Positions 27,483 to 36,276 of a stretch of 64,000 bases of DNA are shown here, piece after piece. The stretch is taken from IMG/VR virus record IMGVR_UViG_3300028800_000001, positions 248,001 through 312,000 of that record. One strand, 5' to 3'. The notes under the pieces were generated by a model. It worked only from the letters and a program-made list of their open reading frames with translations. It did not search any database and was not told the origin of the DNA. Positions within the stretch are counted from its first letter, which is position 1, and each line of letters begins with the position of its first letter. The position numbers were made by a program, and so were the translations under genes.

Positions 27483-28301
27483 TTAAAGCTTTACCGTAAA
27501 TGGAATGCCTGCGCTGTTCAGTGCCTTTTTTATAGGGGCTGTTGGTGCTTTCCCATGAAAGGTAACACTTTTGATATCGCTTGTTGAGACTCCACCATGC
27601 ACCTGTGCTTCCATATATTCATTTGCCAGATCACGTGGTCGCAAGGGATCAATACCGTTATAGAGTGGATAAATGCGACTATCAGGATGCGTCACTGGTT
27701 GTGGAATGACGCTTTCGTAGTGTCCACCAGAGGTCATTGCCAGTGAATCACCATAGGTCATAGTAGCACGATCTCGTGTTTCTGGCTTTAGTTCAACAGC
27801 TACGTTCCCATATTGAGAAACATCTGCATCAGTATTGTCTCCATGAGTATCTTTTGAGAGATATCCATAAATGGGACGGTTCTCCACCCCTGCTTTTGCT
27901 TCATCAAATCCAAAGGCACCAGATTCTAGTTTATCTCTTGAATCTTTGGCAACGCTTCCGCCACTCTTGTTTGTCTCGAATTGACTTTTGAAGCGACCGC
28001 CATCCAATATTTTTTGGAGTGCTGACGGTTTTACTCGTACAAAGAGTCCAGTATCTTTGACTGCATCTTGCGCTTGCTTATCAAGCGTTGCTTTGTAGGC
28101 ATCAGGTGAGAGACCATGACGCTCCCCAAAGATTTCGTAACGCAGATGGGTGTTGTCAGCAAACTCAGAGGCCCAGTGCTCTGTAGGATGTACTCCCAGG
28201 CTTTCTAGTGTCTTGCCGGAACCACCCTCAGAAATAAATTCACCATTTGCATCGCTATGCGCATGATTGTATTTCCTTTGGACTGCGTAGCGAAACCGCA
28301 T
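27483..28301 (-). CDS. KYN-tagged DUF3626-like protein
   Basis: Start moved to ATG 28301 (GGAG SD); RKYNHAHSDANGEF; GRFKSQFET, RPIYGYL, YMEAQVHGGV. Confidence 0.7.
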   Translation of the reverse strand: MRFRYAVQRKYNHAHSDANGEFISEGGSGKTLESLGVHPTEHWASEFADNTHLRYEIFGERHGLSPDAYKATLDKQAQDAVKDTGLFVRVKPSALQKILDGGRFKSQFETNKSGGSVAKDSRDKLESGAFGFDEAKAGVENRPIYGYLSKDTHGDNTDADVSQYGNVAVELKPETRDRATMTYGDSLAMTSGGHYESVIPQPVTHPDSRIYPLYNGIDPLRPRDLANEYMEAQVHGGVSTSDIKSVTFHGKAPTAPIKKALNSAGIPFTVKL

Positions 28302-28302
28302 A

Positions 28303-28515
28303 TTACTCTCCAACCTTCTTTGCCGTCTTGAGCCACTCATTGACTTTTTCTTGTACACCATCATAGGGCTCCCAGGCAGTTCCACGCGTGAGCATCGTGG
28401 CAATGGATTGTGGTGGATACAAGAGATGTTTCTCTTGATCATAAATCTGGCCCATTTTTTCATCTTCAGTCAGGATGAAGCGTACTCCATCATCAGAGAC
28501 AGCAAATATTTTCAT
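28303..28515 (-). CDS. small paralogous protein (putative immunity family) copy 4
   Basis: GQIYDQEKHLLYPPQSIATMLTRGTAWEPYDG...VNEWL. Confidence 0.65.
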   Translation of the reverse strand: MKIFAVSDDGVRFILTEDEKMGQIYDQEKHLLYPPQSIATMLTRGTAWEPYDGVQEKVNEWLKTAKKVGE

Positions 28516-28517
28516 GG

Positions 28518-29465
28518 CTATGATGCTCCTGCTACGCTATACGGAATATTTTCTCGTTGTAATAATTTAGTCAGCGCCGCGCTTGGTGCTTTACTATGAA
28601 AGACAACGTGTGCAATGTGACTTTTTGAGACACCGCCATGCATTTGTGTTTCGGTGTACACATCTTTGATGAGTGAGGTATTTCCTTCTGGACTGTTATA
28701 ATTGCTTGCTGCGGTCCCTGTTGGCTTGAGTACTGGATTAGGGAGCATTCGTGGTGCATCCTCACTTCCTCCTTCGTCAAGCGAATCGCCAAGTGTAAAC
28801 GTACTTTTTGCCCTCACTTCAGGTTTGAAGCGGATTGCCACATCACCGTAAGCTGAGGCAAAGTTTTGTTCGCCATTTGCACCATCACTTAAATACCCGT
28901 AAATTGGTCGATCTTCTGACTTGGTCTTTTGATCATAGCCAAACATCTGCTCTTCTTGTTCAGCTCGACTCTCAAGATAGTTGGTCAGTTTGATCTTATT
29001 GGCTCCAATAGCCGCGCCGGTCTTATTGGTTTCGAAGGCACTCTTAAAACGACCATCAGTAAGAATGCCTTGCAGTCCTTTGCTTGATGTTCGTGTCCAT
29101 AACTCTCCAGGCGTTACCAGGGCAACAATGTGTGCATCTTCGCGTGCTTTGAGTGCATCAGCCGTGATAGGTTTTCCTAAATCCGTCCATGAGTCAGCAA
29201 AGTTCTTGAGTCGCTGATTGTACGTAGCTTCAAAATTCTTTGTCCAGGCGGCACTCGGATGCACATTTTTCAGCACCGGATCAAGTTGATTGTCAGGATG
29301 CTTTGGCCCCAGCGTTCGCGTTCCATCACGTGCGACAGAGATATGAGCTTCGCCAGCCGTTGAGAACTGTCCCAAATGATTGTGATGTGGGTTATATTTT
29401 TGTGCCCAGGCATGTGCCAACATCCGCATCCGTTTCATACGATCATAGAGAAAAATGTCTTCCAT
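28518..29465 (-). CDS. KYN-tagged DUF3626-like protein
   Basis: QKYNPHHNHLGQFST; GRFKSAFET, RPIYGYL, YTETQMHGGV. Confidence 0.7.
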   Translation of the reverse strand: MEDIFLYDRMKRMRMLAHAWAQKYNPHHNHLGQFSTAGEAHISVARDGTRTLGPKHPDNQLDPVLKNVHPSAAWTKNFEATYNQRLKNFADSWTDLGKPITADALKAREDAHIVALVTPGELWTRTSSKGLQGILTDGRFKSAFETNKTGAAIGANKIKLTNYLESRAEQEEQMFGYDQKTKSEDRPIYGYLSDGANGEQNFASAYGDVAIRFKPEVRAKSTFTLGDSLDEGGSEDAPRMLPNPVLKPTGTAASNYNSPEGNTSLIKDVYTETQMHGGVSKSHIAHVVFHSKAPSAALTKLLQRENIPYSVAGAS

Positions 29466-29477
29466 CAGAGCTCCTTG

Positions 29478-29753
29478 CTATTTACTCGCATTTTTTCTTT
29501 TTGTTCGCATGTACGCTAATCGTTTTTCAAATTCTTCAGCAATAAGTTTATTGGTTTGATAAGTCAGATGCGGATGCCATCCTCCAGCTTCAGGAAGGCC
29601 ATTGACAATACGTAAGATATCTTCAATCATTTTCATACGTTCGTGGCGAATAGCCTGATCAATGCTACGCAGTGTGACAAAGATACCAAACAGCAAGATC
29701 AGGAGGAAACAGCCAAGACTGATCAGGCCATGAGCCACGATCCATTGGCTCAC
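29478..29753 (-). CDS. small membrane protein
   Basis: N-terminal TM helix; AAGGAG SD. Confidence 0.5.
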   Translation of the reverse strand: MSQWIVAHGLISLGCFLLILLFGIFVTLRSIDQAIRHERMKMIEDILRIVNGLPEAGGWHPHLTYQTNKLIAEEFEKRLAYMRTKRKNASK

Positions 29754-29861
29754 GTAAAGCGCTCCTTTCGAAAGAAAAGCACAAAGTAGTGTTTGGAGGA
29801 TTTTGTATTGGTGAAGAATTTGGAAGGATGTGTCTAGTATACCGCAGCGCGTGACAAAAGG

Positions 29862-30305
29862 CTATACTTTGTTGAGGGCTGTTGTGACTGCAATAGAAAC
29901 GCCAGCCGCCGCGCCAATAATAAGAAACGTTTGACCATAGGCTTTGAGGATTCCAAGGCTACTCACACGTGCTTGCGCAATGAGCACTCCAAGTGCACAG
30001 GTGATGAGCGCACATAAGAGCAACGCAAGTGGTTTGGGCGCAAAAGCAAAAGGTAACGAAGGGAGCAGTATGCCAATACAAGAAGCAACACCGATCACCA
30101 GGGCATACTTGACGGTGTTCACATTCGTCACATCAGAGAGATATGCCCCGCCTGTCATCGAAATACCAGAGGCCAGGGCCAATCCAACGGCTGAGAGTAC
30201 TAATGCATGTGTATCACCGATGATGTATCCGGCTGCAATCACGCCAAGAATGCAGGTCATCCCATCAAAACTACCAAAGATGGCCTTACTGACGATTTCC
30301 TTCAT
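29862..30305 (-). CDS. VIT1/CCC1-family membrane protein
   Basis: IFGSFDGMTCILGVIAAG, ASGISMTGGAYLS; 5 TM segments. Confidence 0.75.
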   Translation of the reverse strand: MKEIVSKAIFGSFDGMTCILGVIAAGYIIGDTHALVLSAVGLALASGISMTGGAYLSDVTNVNTVKYALVIGVASCIGILLPSLPFAFAPKPLALLLCALITCALGVLIAQARVSSLGILKAYGQTFLIIGAAAGVSIAVTTALNKV

Positions 30306-30681
30306 AATGCTGCTCCTTTAAGAGTTCTAGGATTTGGAGTTGTTGATGATTGATCTTCAGTAAAAGTGCATTTGTCTCATACATCTTTTCAACCTCTGCG
30401 GCTTCAATGGTGTCACGGGCACGATCTTTTCCAGCCTGTCTATTTTGACTCATGAGAATGAGCGGCGAGCTAAACGCTGCTTCTGCTGACATAAAGAGAT
30501 TGCACAGAGTAAAGGGGTAACTGTCCCAATGATAGAACCAACCAACACTGTTGAGTAAAAACCAGAGAAAGAGCAACGCTGCCTGAATCAAGATAAAGTT
30601 CCAATTACCTAACGCTTTGACCGCACCATCAGCCAGCCGATCACCCGCGTCATGCGGAAGATGTATATTCATACGCTTCAC
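30286..30681 (-). CDS. DUF1003 membrane protein
   Basis: GDRLAD...GNWNFI, WDSYPFTLCNLFMSAEAAFSSPLILMSQNRQ. Confidence 0.85.
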   Translation of the reverse strand: MKRMNIHLPHDAGDRLADGAVKALGNWNFILIQAALLFLWFLLNSVGWFYHWDSYPFTLCNLFMSAEAAFSSPLILMSQNRQAGKDRARDTIEAAEVEKMYETNALLLKINHQQLQILELLKEQHYEGNRQ

Positions 30682-31055
30682 GCATCTGCTCCAAATTCTG
30701 AGAGTGCTAACTTTGCTTCGTGTTCCTCCACCATGCGTTCAAGTTCTGCGGTCTCAATGCCATGTTCACGTAACATCTCAACCGCATACGTGACCAGAAA
30801 GAAGGCACTATCTAACAGCTTTTTGAGTTGCTCAAGATCATTGTCCATCAAGCGTTCCTCTCTTGACATGAATCCGAACTTTTGTGCATGTTCTGTTCCA
30901 TCTTCTCCACGCAACCAGGAAAGAAGAAGTCCAGAAAAATCCTTGACTTCTCCCAGCCCGTAGGGTGGATCAGTGACACACAAATCGATAGAGTTTGTCT
31001 GAAGGTGACGTAAGACTTCTAAGCAATCGCCATGAATGACCGTATCAAGCATCAT
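30678..31055 (-). pseudogene. truncated N6/N4 DNA methyltransferase N-terminus fused to an unrelated short ORF
   Basis: IHGDCLEVL...SIDLCVTDPPYG present, but no SAM-binding DPFxGxG motif; only 125 aa. Confidence 0.6.
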
Positions 31056-31921
31056 TTTGTCCTTCTGGTCTTTTTGGTGGGATCAAACCTTTCTCCGGTT
31101 AACTGGCGTTGCATGCGTTCTTCTTCGCGTTCTAAGCGAAAGCGCTGAATACGTTCTATCTCATCACGTGGTGGCAAACATTTCCACATCTGCTGCATAC
31201 TGTAGTACACAATAGAATAGCGAAACGAATCCTGTTCCAACTGTGTAATGGGCGTCACACCATGCAAAATGTTTTGGCCGTCAAACATGAGCAGCGAATT
31301 ATTACGCAGTTCAAAGCCCAGGCCGTATTCAGGCACCGCAAGATAGCCACCAAGCACGTTGCGTTTAAGCACAATCATGTTTGACCACACATCACGAAAG
31401 TTGCCTGCATCAAAGTGATAAGGGAGAGGATTATTTTTGTTCACGATGCCAGAGGTGAAGACGGATTCGTCAATCTTCCAATTTTCTAGCACTTTTTCGG
31501 TCATCTCCATGTGTTGTTGATAGAGCAGCGGCGCAAATTCTTGGTAGTAGTGCGCAACTTTGGCCGCATAACTCACAATGATGTCATGCTCATCAGGATG
31601 TTCTACATAACAACTCGTGGCAGTGCAGTAATCACGACGCAGCGTGTTGCGTGGCAAAAAGCCAACGGTGCGTGATTGAGCCATCATGCCACCTGTGCGT
31701 ATCTCCAGCTTGTAGTCAATCGTTTGCAGTGCTTTGATCAGCGCGCTGTTATCTTCTTGTAAGAGGAGATAGACAATCTTTGGCTCAGCATTCCCTGGCT
31801 CATAGATCACTGTTGGTTCGCTGATCAGCGTGTCATAGTCTTCGTCTTGCGCATGACGCAATTTGTACTGCGAAAGATCAAGTTGCTTTTTTGTTGCAAT
31901 CCTAGTGTAAAGATCTGCCAT
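31052..31921 (-). CDS. TET/JBP-family 2OG-Fe(II) dioxygenase, copy 1
   Basis: FTSGIVNKNNPLPYHFDAGN (HxD), GGYLAVPEY, LHGVTPI, RYSIVYY. Confidence 0.85.
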   Translation of the reverse strand: MADLYTRIATKKQLDLSQYKLRHAQDEDYDTLISEPTVIYEPGNAEPKIVYLLLQEDNSALIKALQTIDYKLEIRTGGMMAQSRTVGFLPRNTLRRDYCTATSCYVEHPDEHDIIVSYAAKVAHYYQEFAPLLYQQHMEMTEKVLENWKIDESVFTSGIVNKNNPLPYHFDAGNFRDVWSNMIVLKRNVLGGYLAVPEYGLGFELRNNSLLMFDGQNILHGVTPITQLEQDSFRYSIVYYSMQQMWKCLPPRDEIERIQRFRLEREEERMQRQLTGERFDPTKKTRRTK

Positions 31922-32735
31922 ACGCACCTTCCCTGTACGGGTTTTCCATCCCCAAATCAATGCCCTGCTCTTCTAAGTAGCGCGCCAAAAAGAATGCGAG
32001 CACATCTGGATTTGCTTTGATCTCTTCACGGGCGCGTACTTCGCGCAGGCCACTCACCATCCAGGCAAATTCGGAAGGGGAACAAATGAGCACAATTTGC
32101 CGAATAAGCCCATTTTCAAATTGCTCACGATTTTTGCTTGGAACACCTCGATAGACCGGTGGTGGAATATCTTCAACGACCCGTGGCAAATAGGGGGCCA
32201 GTGGTGCTTCTTCACCATCATCCTCGTCTTCTTGCTCTTCTGAAATCACAGAGAGATAGGAAGGTGTCACAGCAGGACGTACCATTTCAGGCAGCGCTTC
32301 AACAGTTTTTGGAATACTTGCGAGCAAGGTTTGCAACTCTTGTTCTGAAGAGCCCAGTGCATTCAGATCAAAACCGGCTTCATTTTGTTCACGAAGTAAT
32401 TGCAAAAACATCGTTTGGTCTACGTTTTGCTCATTATGAAGTCGGTTATCGGCCACTAGATAGGCTTCCACTTCACGCGGTGACCAGTTCTTCGGCAAAA
32501 TGTCGGCACGTAACTCATCCCACTGGAGATAGAGTGCCGCCTCGACCACACCATGACCGGCAACCAGCAAATAGCGCTCATCGTCTTGCTCCTGGCACAC
32601 AATAGAGCGTACCTGTCCGAAGCGCTTGAGACTGGCTGCAAGGCGCACAATATCCGCATTGGTATGGATTTTATAGTTTTTAGGATGTGCTCGCACTGCG
32701 GCAAGCGGAACAATCTTATTCGTTTTGAAGTGCAT
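31902..32735 (-). CDS. ParB N-terminal (ParBc/Srx) domain protein
   Basis: HPKNYKIH, SLKRFGQVRSIV, LVAGHG, LVADNRL. Confidence 0.85.
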   Translation of the reverse strand: MHFKTNKIVPLAAVRAHPKNYKIHTNADIVRLAASLKRFGQVRSIVCQEQDDERYLLVAGHGVVEAALYLQWDELRADILPKNWSPREVEAYLVADNRLHNEQNVDQTMFLQLLREQNEAGFDLNALGSSEQELQTLLASIPKTVEALPEMVRPAVTPSYLSVISEEQEDEDDGEEAPLAPYLPRVVEDIPPPVYRGVPSKNREQFENGLIRQIVLICSPSEFAWMVSGLREVRAREEIKANPDVLAFFLARYLEEQGIDLGMENPYREGAYGRSLH

Positions 32736-32758
32736 CTTCTCTTCCTCGGTGCGCAGTG

Positions 32759-32808
32759 AATTAATTATTTTTTCACGCTCTTCTCTTTTTTATTTTTTAA
32801 AAATAATT
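32759..32808. promoter_or_regulatory. paired AATTAATT motif (one mismatch)
   Basis: AATTAATT at 32759 and AAATAATT at 32801. Confidence 0.5.
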
Positions 32809-32810
32809 AT

Positions 32811-33008
32811 TTATTTCTTTTCGCATTTACACTGTTGGAAGAAGGGGAAGCGCAACTCAGACTGCGAAACAAAGCTATGAAATACCAGTGCCCCGCCACA
32901 GCGTGTACAGATCAGGGCACACCAACCATGTGCAACATAGAAGAGCCGATCCCCTTGATGATAAATTCTGACTTCGCTATGCTTTTCGGTCAGTTCTCGC
33001 ATACTCAT
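32811..33008 (-). CDS. small Cys-containing hypothetical protein
   Basis: ATGA overlap with upstream ParB; CTRC and CKC. Confidence 0.45.
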   Translation of the reverse strand: MSMRELTEKHSEVRIYHQGDRLFYVAHGWCALICTRCGGALVFHSFVSQSELRFPFFQQCKCEKK

Positions 33009-33601
33009 CCTAGCCTCGTGATATCCACCAATGATAAGAGGACACGAAAACGCTCTGTGTCATCGGGCGCAACAATATGGCGCATGAGCCGTTCATAGCG
33101 TTCTTTTATTTCTGGTGTAACACGCAAACGAATATACACTTCTTCTTTGGTTTCAAAAAAGATTTCCTGCTGTTCTAGCTTTGGCATACGGCTATTTTGT
33201 AACAGCTTTTGTAGCTCACCATCATCGTAGCCTACAGAGAAGAGGTCAAACCCTTGCTGCTCTTGCAAGAGGTCAAGGAGCGCTACTTCATCATCTTCTG
33301 CCAGTTGGCTCAGGCGATTATCTGCTACCATGATTGCATTGATTTCAGTCGGTGCAAGATCTGGTGGCAAAATATCGATGTGTACCTCCTGTGCCCCTTC
33401 AGCACGCATTGCCTCCACCATTCCGTGTCCAGCTACAATAAGGTAGGTATTGGGCGCGCCTTGCTGCACAACAATACTACGGAATTGTCCAAAACGCCGG
33501 TAACTGGCTTGTAAGTGTTTCATCTGTTTGGCTGGATGATGGCGATAATTGCCAGGGTGCGGATGTAGTTGCGTGAGGGCAACCCGTTTATTGGTGATCA
33601 T
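33005..33601 (-). CDS. ParB N-terminal domain protein with RHH-like C-terminus
   Basis: HPGNYRHH, SYRRFGQFRSIV, IVAGHG, MVADNRL; start moved to ATG 33601. Confidence 0.8.
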   Translation of the reverse strand: MITNKRVALTQLHPHPGNYRHHPAKQMKHLQASYRRFGQFRSIVVQQGAPNTYLIVAGHGMVEAMRAEGAQEVHIDILPPDLAPTEINAIMVADNRLSQLAEDDEVALLDLLQEQQGFDLFSVGYDDGELQKLLQNSRMPKLEQQEIFFETKEEVYIRLRVTPEIKERYERLMRHIVAPDDTERFRVLLSLVDITRLG

Positions 33602-34436
33602 GTTGCACCTTCTCAATGGTACTTTGTAATCGTTTTTCCTCACGCTCGGTACGCTTCTGGCGAATGCGTTGCATTTCTTGCCCAAGAGGCAAACATTTCC
33701 ACATACTTTGCAGTGAATAGTACACAATAGAGTAGCGATAGCCATCAGGGCGCGTTTGTGCAATAGGGGTTACCCCATGCAACAGGTTTTGTCCATCGAA
33801 CATGACCAGTGAATTATTTTTAACAGCAATGCCAAAGTTATATTCAGGAACCGACAAAAGACCACCACTGGTTCCTGCGCGAAAGACCAGCATATTTGAC
33901 CAGACGTGTTTGAAGTTTCCTGCATCAAAGTGATACGCCAGTGGGTTGTTTTTATTAATAATGCCAGAAGTAAAGACAGAGCGCTCAAGTGTCCAGTCTG
34001 GCAACACTTTTTCCACCTGCTGTTCGTGGTAACTATAGAGCTCTGGATTGTAGCGCTCGTAATAGGTTGCAACACGCTTTGCGTAGGACGTAATCAGGGC
34101 ATGCGCCTGCGCACTATCGCGAGCCAGAGAAGAAACGGTACAAAAATCATCACGAATGGTGATGCGTGGACGAAAACCAAAGATACGACTTCGCGTCTTC
34201 ATTCCACTGGTGCGCTCTTGCTCACGATACTCAATGCGCTTCAGGCAGTCAGTGATTGCACGACAATCATCATCGAGCTCTAGGTAGACAATAGAGACGC
34301 GTCCACTTTCTGCGTCGCGCACCACTGTAGACGTTTCAATGCGTTCTGCAAAGTCGGCTTCTGTGGCACTACGGAAGCGATAGGATTGCAAATCAATGAC
34401 ACCGCGTGTGCGTGTCATCACCTGTGGCTCTTGCAT
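33588..34436 (-). CDS. TET/JBP-family 2OG-Fe(II) dioxygenase, copy 2
   Basis: FTSGIINKNNPLAYHFDAGN, GGLLSVPEY, LHGVTPI, RYSIVYY. Confidence 0.85.
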   Translation of the reverse strand: MQEPQVMTRTRGVIDLQSYRFRSATEADFAERIETSTVVRDAESGRVSIVYLELDDDCRAITDCLKRIEYREQERTSGMKTRSRIFGFRPRITIRDDFCTVSSLARDSAQAHALITSYAKRVATYYERYNPELYSYHEQQVEKVLPDWTLERSVFTSGIINKNNPLAYHFDAGNFKHVWSNMLVFRAGTSGGLLSVPEYNFGIAVKNNSLVMFDGQNLLHGVTPIAQTRPDGYRYSIVYYSLQSMWKCLPLGQEMQRIRQKRTEREEKRLQSTIEKVQHDHQ

Positions 34437-35290
34437 TACGCCTCCACTGGCATTGGCTCAAGGGCATGTTCTTTGGCATAGAGCCGTAAGAACTCAGTAA
34501 AGACATCCGTATTGGTATCCAGTTGCCATTTTGCCCTGGCCTGTGAAAGGACATTCATCACCCAAATATATTCCTCTTGTGAATAAATCAGCACAATCTG
34601 GCGAATAGTTGTGGTGTTATAGGTATGTAAGAAGTCTTGTGGAGTGGTGCCAATAATTTGTTCGGGGGCCGCAAAGACGGTGGTTCCTTTTTCGTCAGAA
34701 GTGGCAACGGTTCCTGGTGCATACACAGGGCTATAAGGTGCTGGCGTAAAAAGTGGATTATGCGGGGCTGGAGGACCATCATCCTCTTCCTCAATATATT
34801 CTTGATTGACACGCATGGACTCACGAATAGCGCTTTGCGCTTCTTCTTGTCCACCAAAGGCCATTTCCTCTAGCATACGTGCCATATCTTGCTCAGAAGT
34901 TCCTAGCGACAAAAGGTCAGCACCAATGGTAGCTTGCTCACGGAGTAGCGCGAGTAACTTCTCTTGATCATCGTGGCCTGCGTCGCTGAGCTTATTGTCA
35001 GCAACCAGATAGCCAGAGACCATGCTGTCGTCCCAGGACGCAGGCAAGAGATCCGCACGTAGCTCTTGATAACCTAAACGGCGTGCCGCTTCGAAGACGC
35101 CATGACCAGCGACCAGCAAATAGGTACCATCAGGCTGTTCTTGACACACGATACTTCTGCCTTGTCCAAAGCGGGTGAGGCTAGAAGCAATATTGCGTAG
35201 TTGTGTTTCGGTATGGACACGATAATTCTTGGGATTTGGACGCACCGCAGAGAGGGCAATGCGATGGTTTTCTTTCAGCATTTCTATCAT
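34436..35290 (-). CDS. ParB N-terminal domain protein
   Basis: NPKNYRVH, SLTRFGQGRSIV, LVAGHG, LVADNKL; C-terminal IRQIVLI shared with 31902-32735. Confidence 0.85.
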   Translation of the reverse strand: MIEMLKENHRIALSAVRPNPKNYRVHTETQLRNIASSLTRFGQGRSIVCQEQPDGTYLLVAGHGVFEAARRLGYQELRADLLPASWDDSMVSGYLVADNKLSDAGHDDQEKLLALLREQATIGADLLSLGTSEQDMARMLEEMAFGGQEEAQSAIRESMRVNQEYIEEEDDGPPAPHNPLFTPAPYSPVYAPGTVATSDEKGTTVFAAPEQIIGTTPQDFLHTYNTTTIRQIVLIYSQEEYIWVMNVLSQARAKWQLDTNTDVFTEFLRLYAKEHALEPMPVEA

Positions 35291-35391
35291 AAAAACTCCT
35301 CAAAATGACAAAGCCAGAGATAAGTGGATGTTTTTCTCTACTGAAAATTTGAGGAATTTTGTATAGGAGGATTGCTGCTAGTATAGCATAC

Positions 35392-35952
35392 CTAAGAAAT
35401 AAACAAAAGAGAAAGAAGTGTTTCTACATTGCGCCGCAACTGTGTTGGAGTATCATTACGCAGGTGATAGCTTGGAATGGTGTGCTGATAGGCGAGAAAG
35501 ACGTTGTTGATTTGGGTCTGGATACCTTTCACCCAACTCTCACTCTGGTTCCCTCTGGCCTTTCTCCGCAGCAATGCGGCCTCGCTACACAGTTCCACGA
35601 GCGTCACTTTCCCAGGAAAATTGGTTGAGAATAATTCAATACAAGAGCGCGTAAAGATGCGGCTTCCTTCAGCCAGCAACGTGTACTCTTCGAAAAAAGG
35701 ATGCTGTAGCTTCTCGCACAGCGCTGGAATATCGCACAGCAGCGCGGTCGAGAGACGATCTGTCCCTGCAAAGACTTCGTTCTCTGCGTAGAGCCCAAGA
35801 AGAAGTACACGCGTCGAGGGATAGAGCTGCCCACGAACTGTACCACAACGAAACTGTGTACTGGCACAGGGGCCAAGGGCCGGAAGCAAACTGCGCACTG
35901 TGGTGGTTTTGCCAACTCCAGGCGCGCCGCCAAGAAAAACAAACGCTTTCAC
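35392..35952 (-). CDS. P-loop kinase, probable 5-hydroxymethyluracil DNA kinase
   Basis: GGAPGVGKTT, FAGTDRLS, EGSRI, RKARGNQSESWVKG; GTG start 35952 with GGAG SD. Confidence 0.75.
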   Translation of the reverse strand: MKAFVFLGGAPGVGKTTTVRSLLPALGPCASTQFRCGTVRGQLYPSTRVLLLGLYAENEVFAGTDRLSTALLCDIPALCEKLQHPFFEEYTLLAEGSRIFTRSCIELFSTNFPGKVTLVELCSEAALLRRKARGNQSESWVKGIQTQINNVFLAYQHTIPSYHLRNDTPTQLRRNVETLLSLLFIS

Positions 35953-36276
35953 AAAAAACTCCAAGAAGAAGATAGATGTTTGGTGTTTTTTGTGAAGATG
36001 AATATTTTTTTCTCTAACCCCTCTATAGGACCAGTCTTATACAAGAGTAATAACAATCTAAGAAGATATATTACTTCTCTCAGTCTTACTCATATACCAG
36101 TCTTTAGAAGAGTAAGTAAGTATAGTAATAACTATATATCTTCTATAGTATATAGTCTTTCTTTTTTTTCGGCGCTCTATAAGCTATATTCTCCAAAAAT
36201 CAGGACTTTATAAGAAAATCGAGACCAATTTTCACCAGTTTTGGGCGCATTTTCAAAACTCTCAGGAAAGTCGCAT

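Noticed and set aside
27483-28463. ORF-track start at 28463
   Set aside because: Would overlap the immunity-family gene 28303-28515; ATG 28301 has an SD and places the tag at the N-terminus.
31902-35290. ParABS partition system
   Set aside because: No ParA in the window, no obvious HTH domain, and the ParB genes are coupled to DNA-modification genes.
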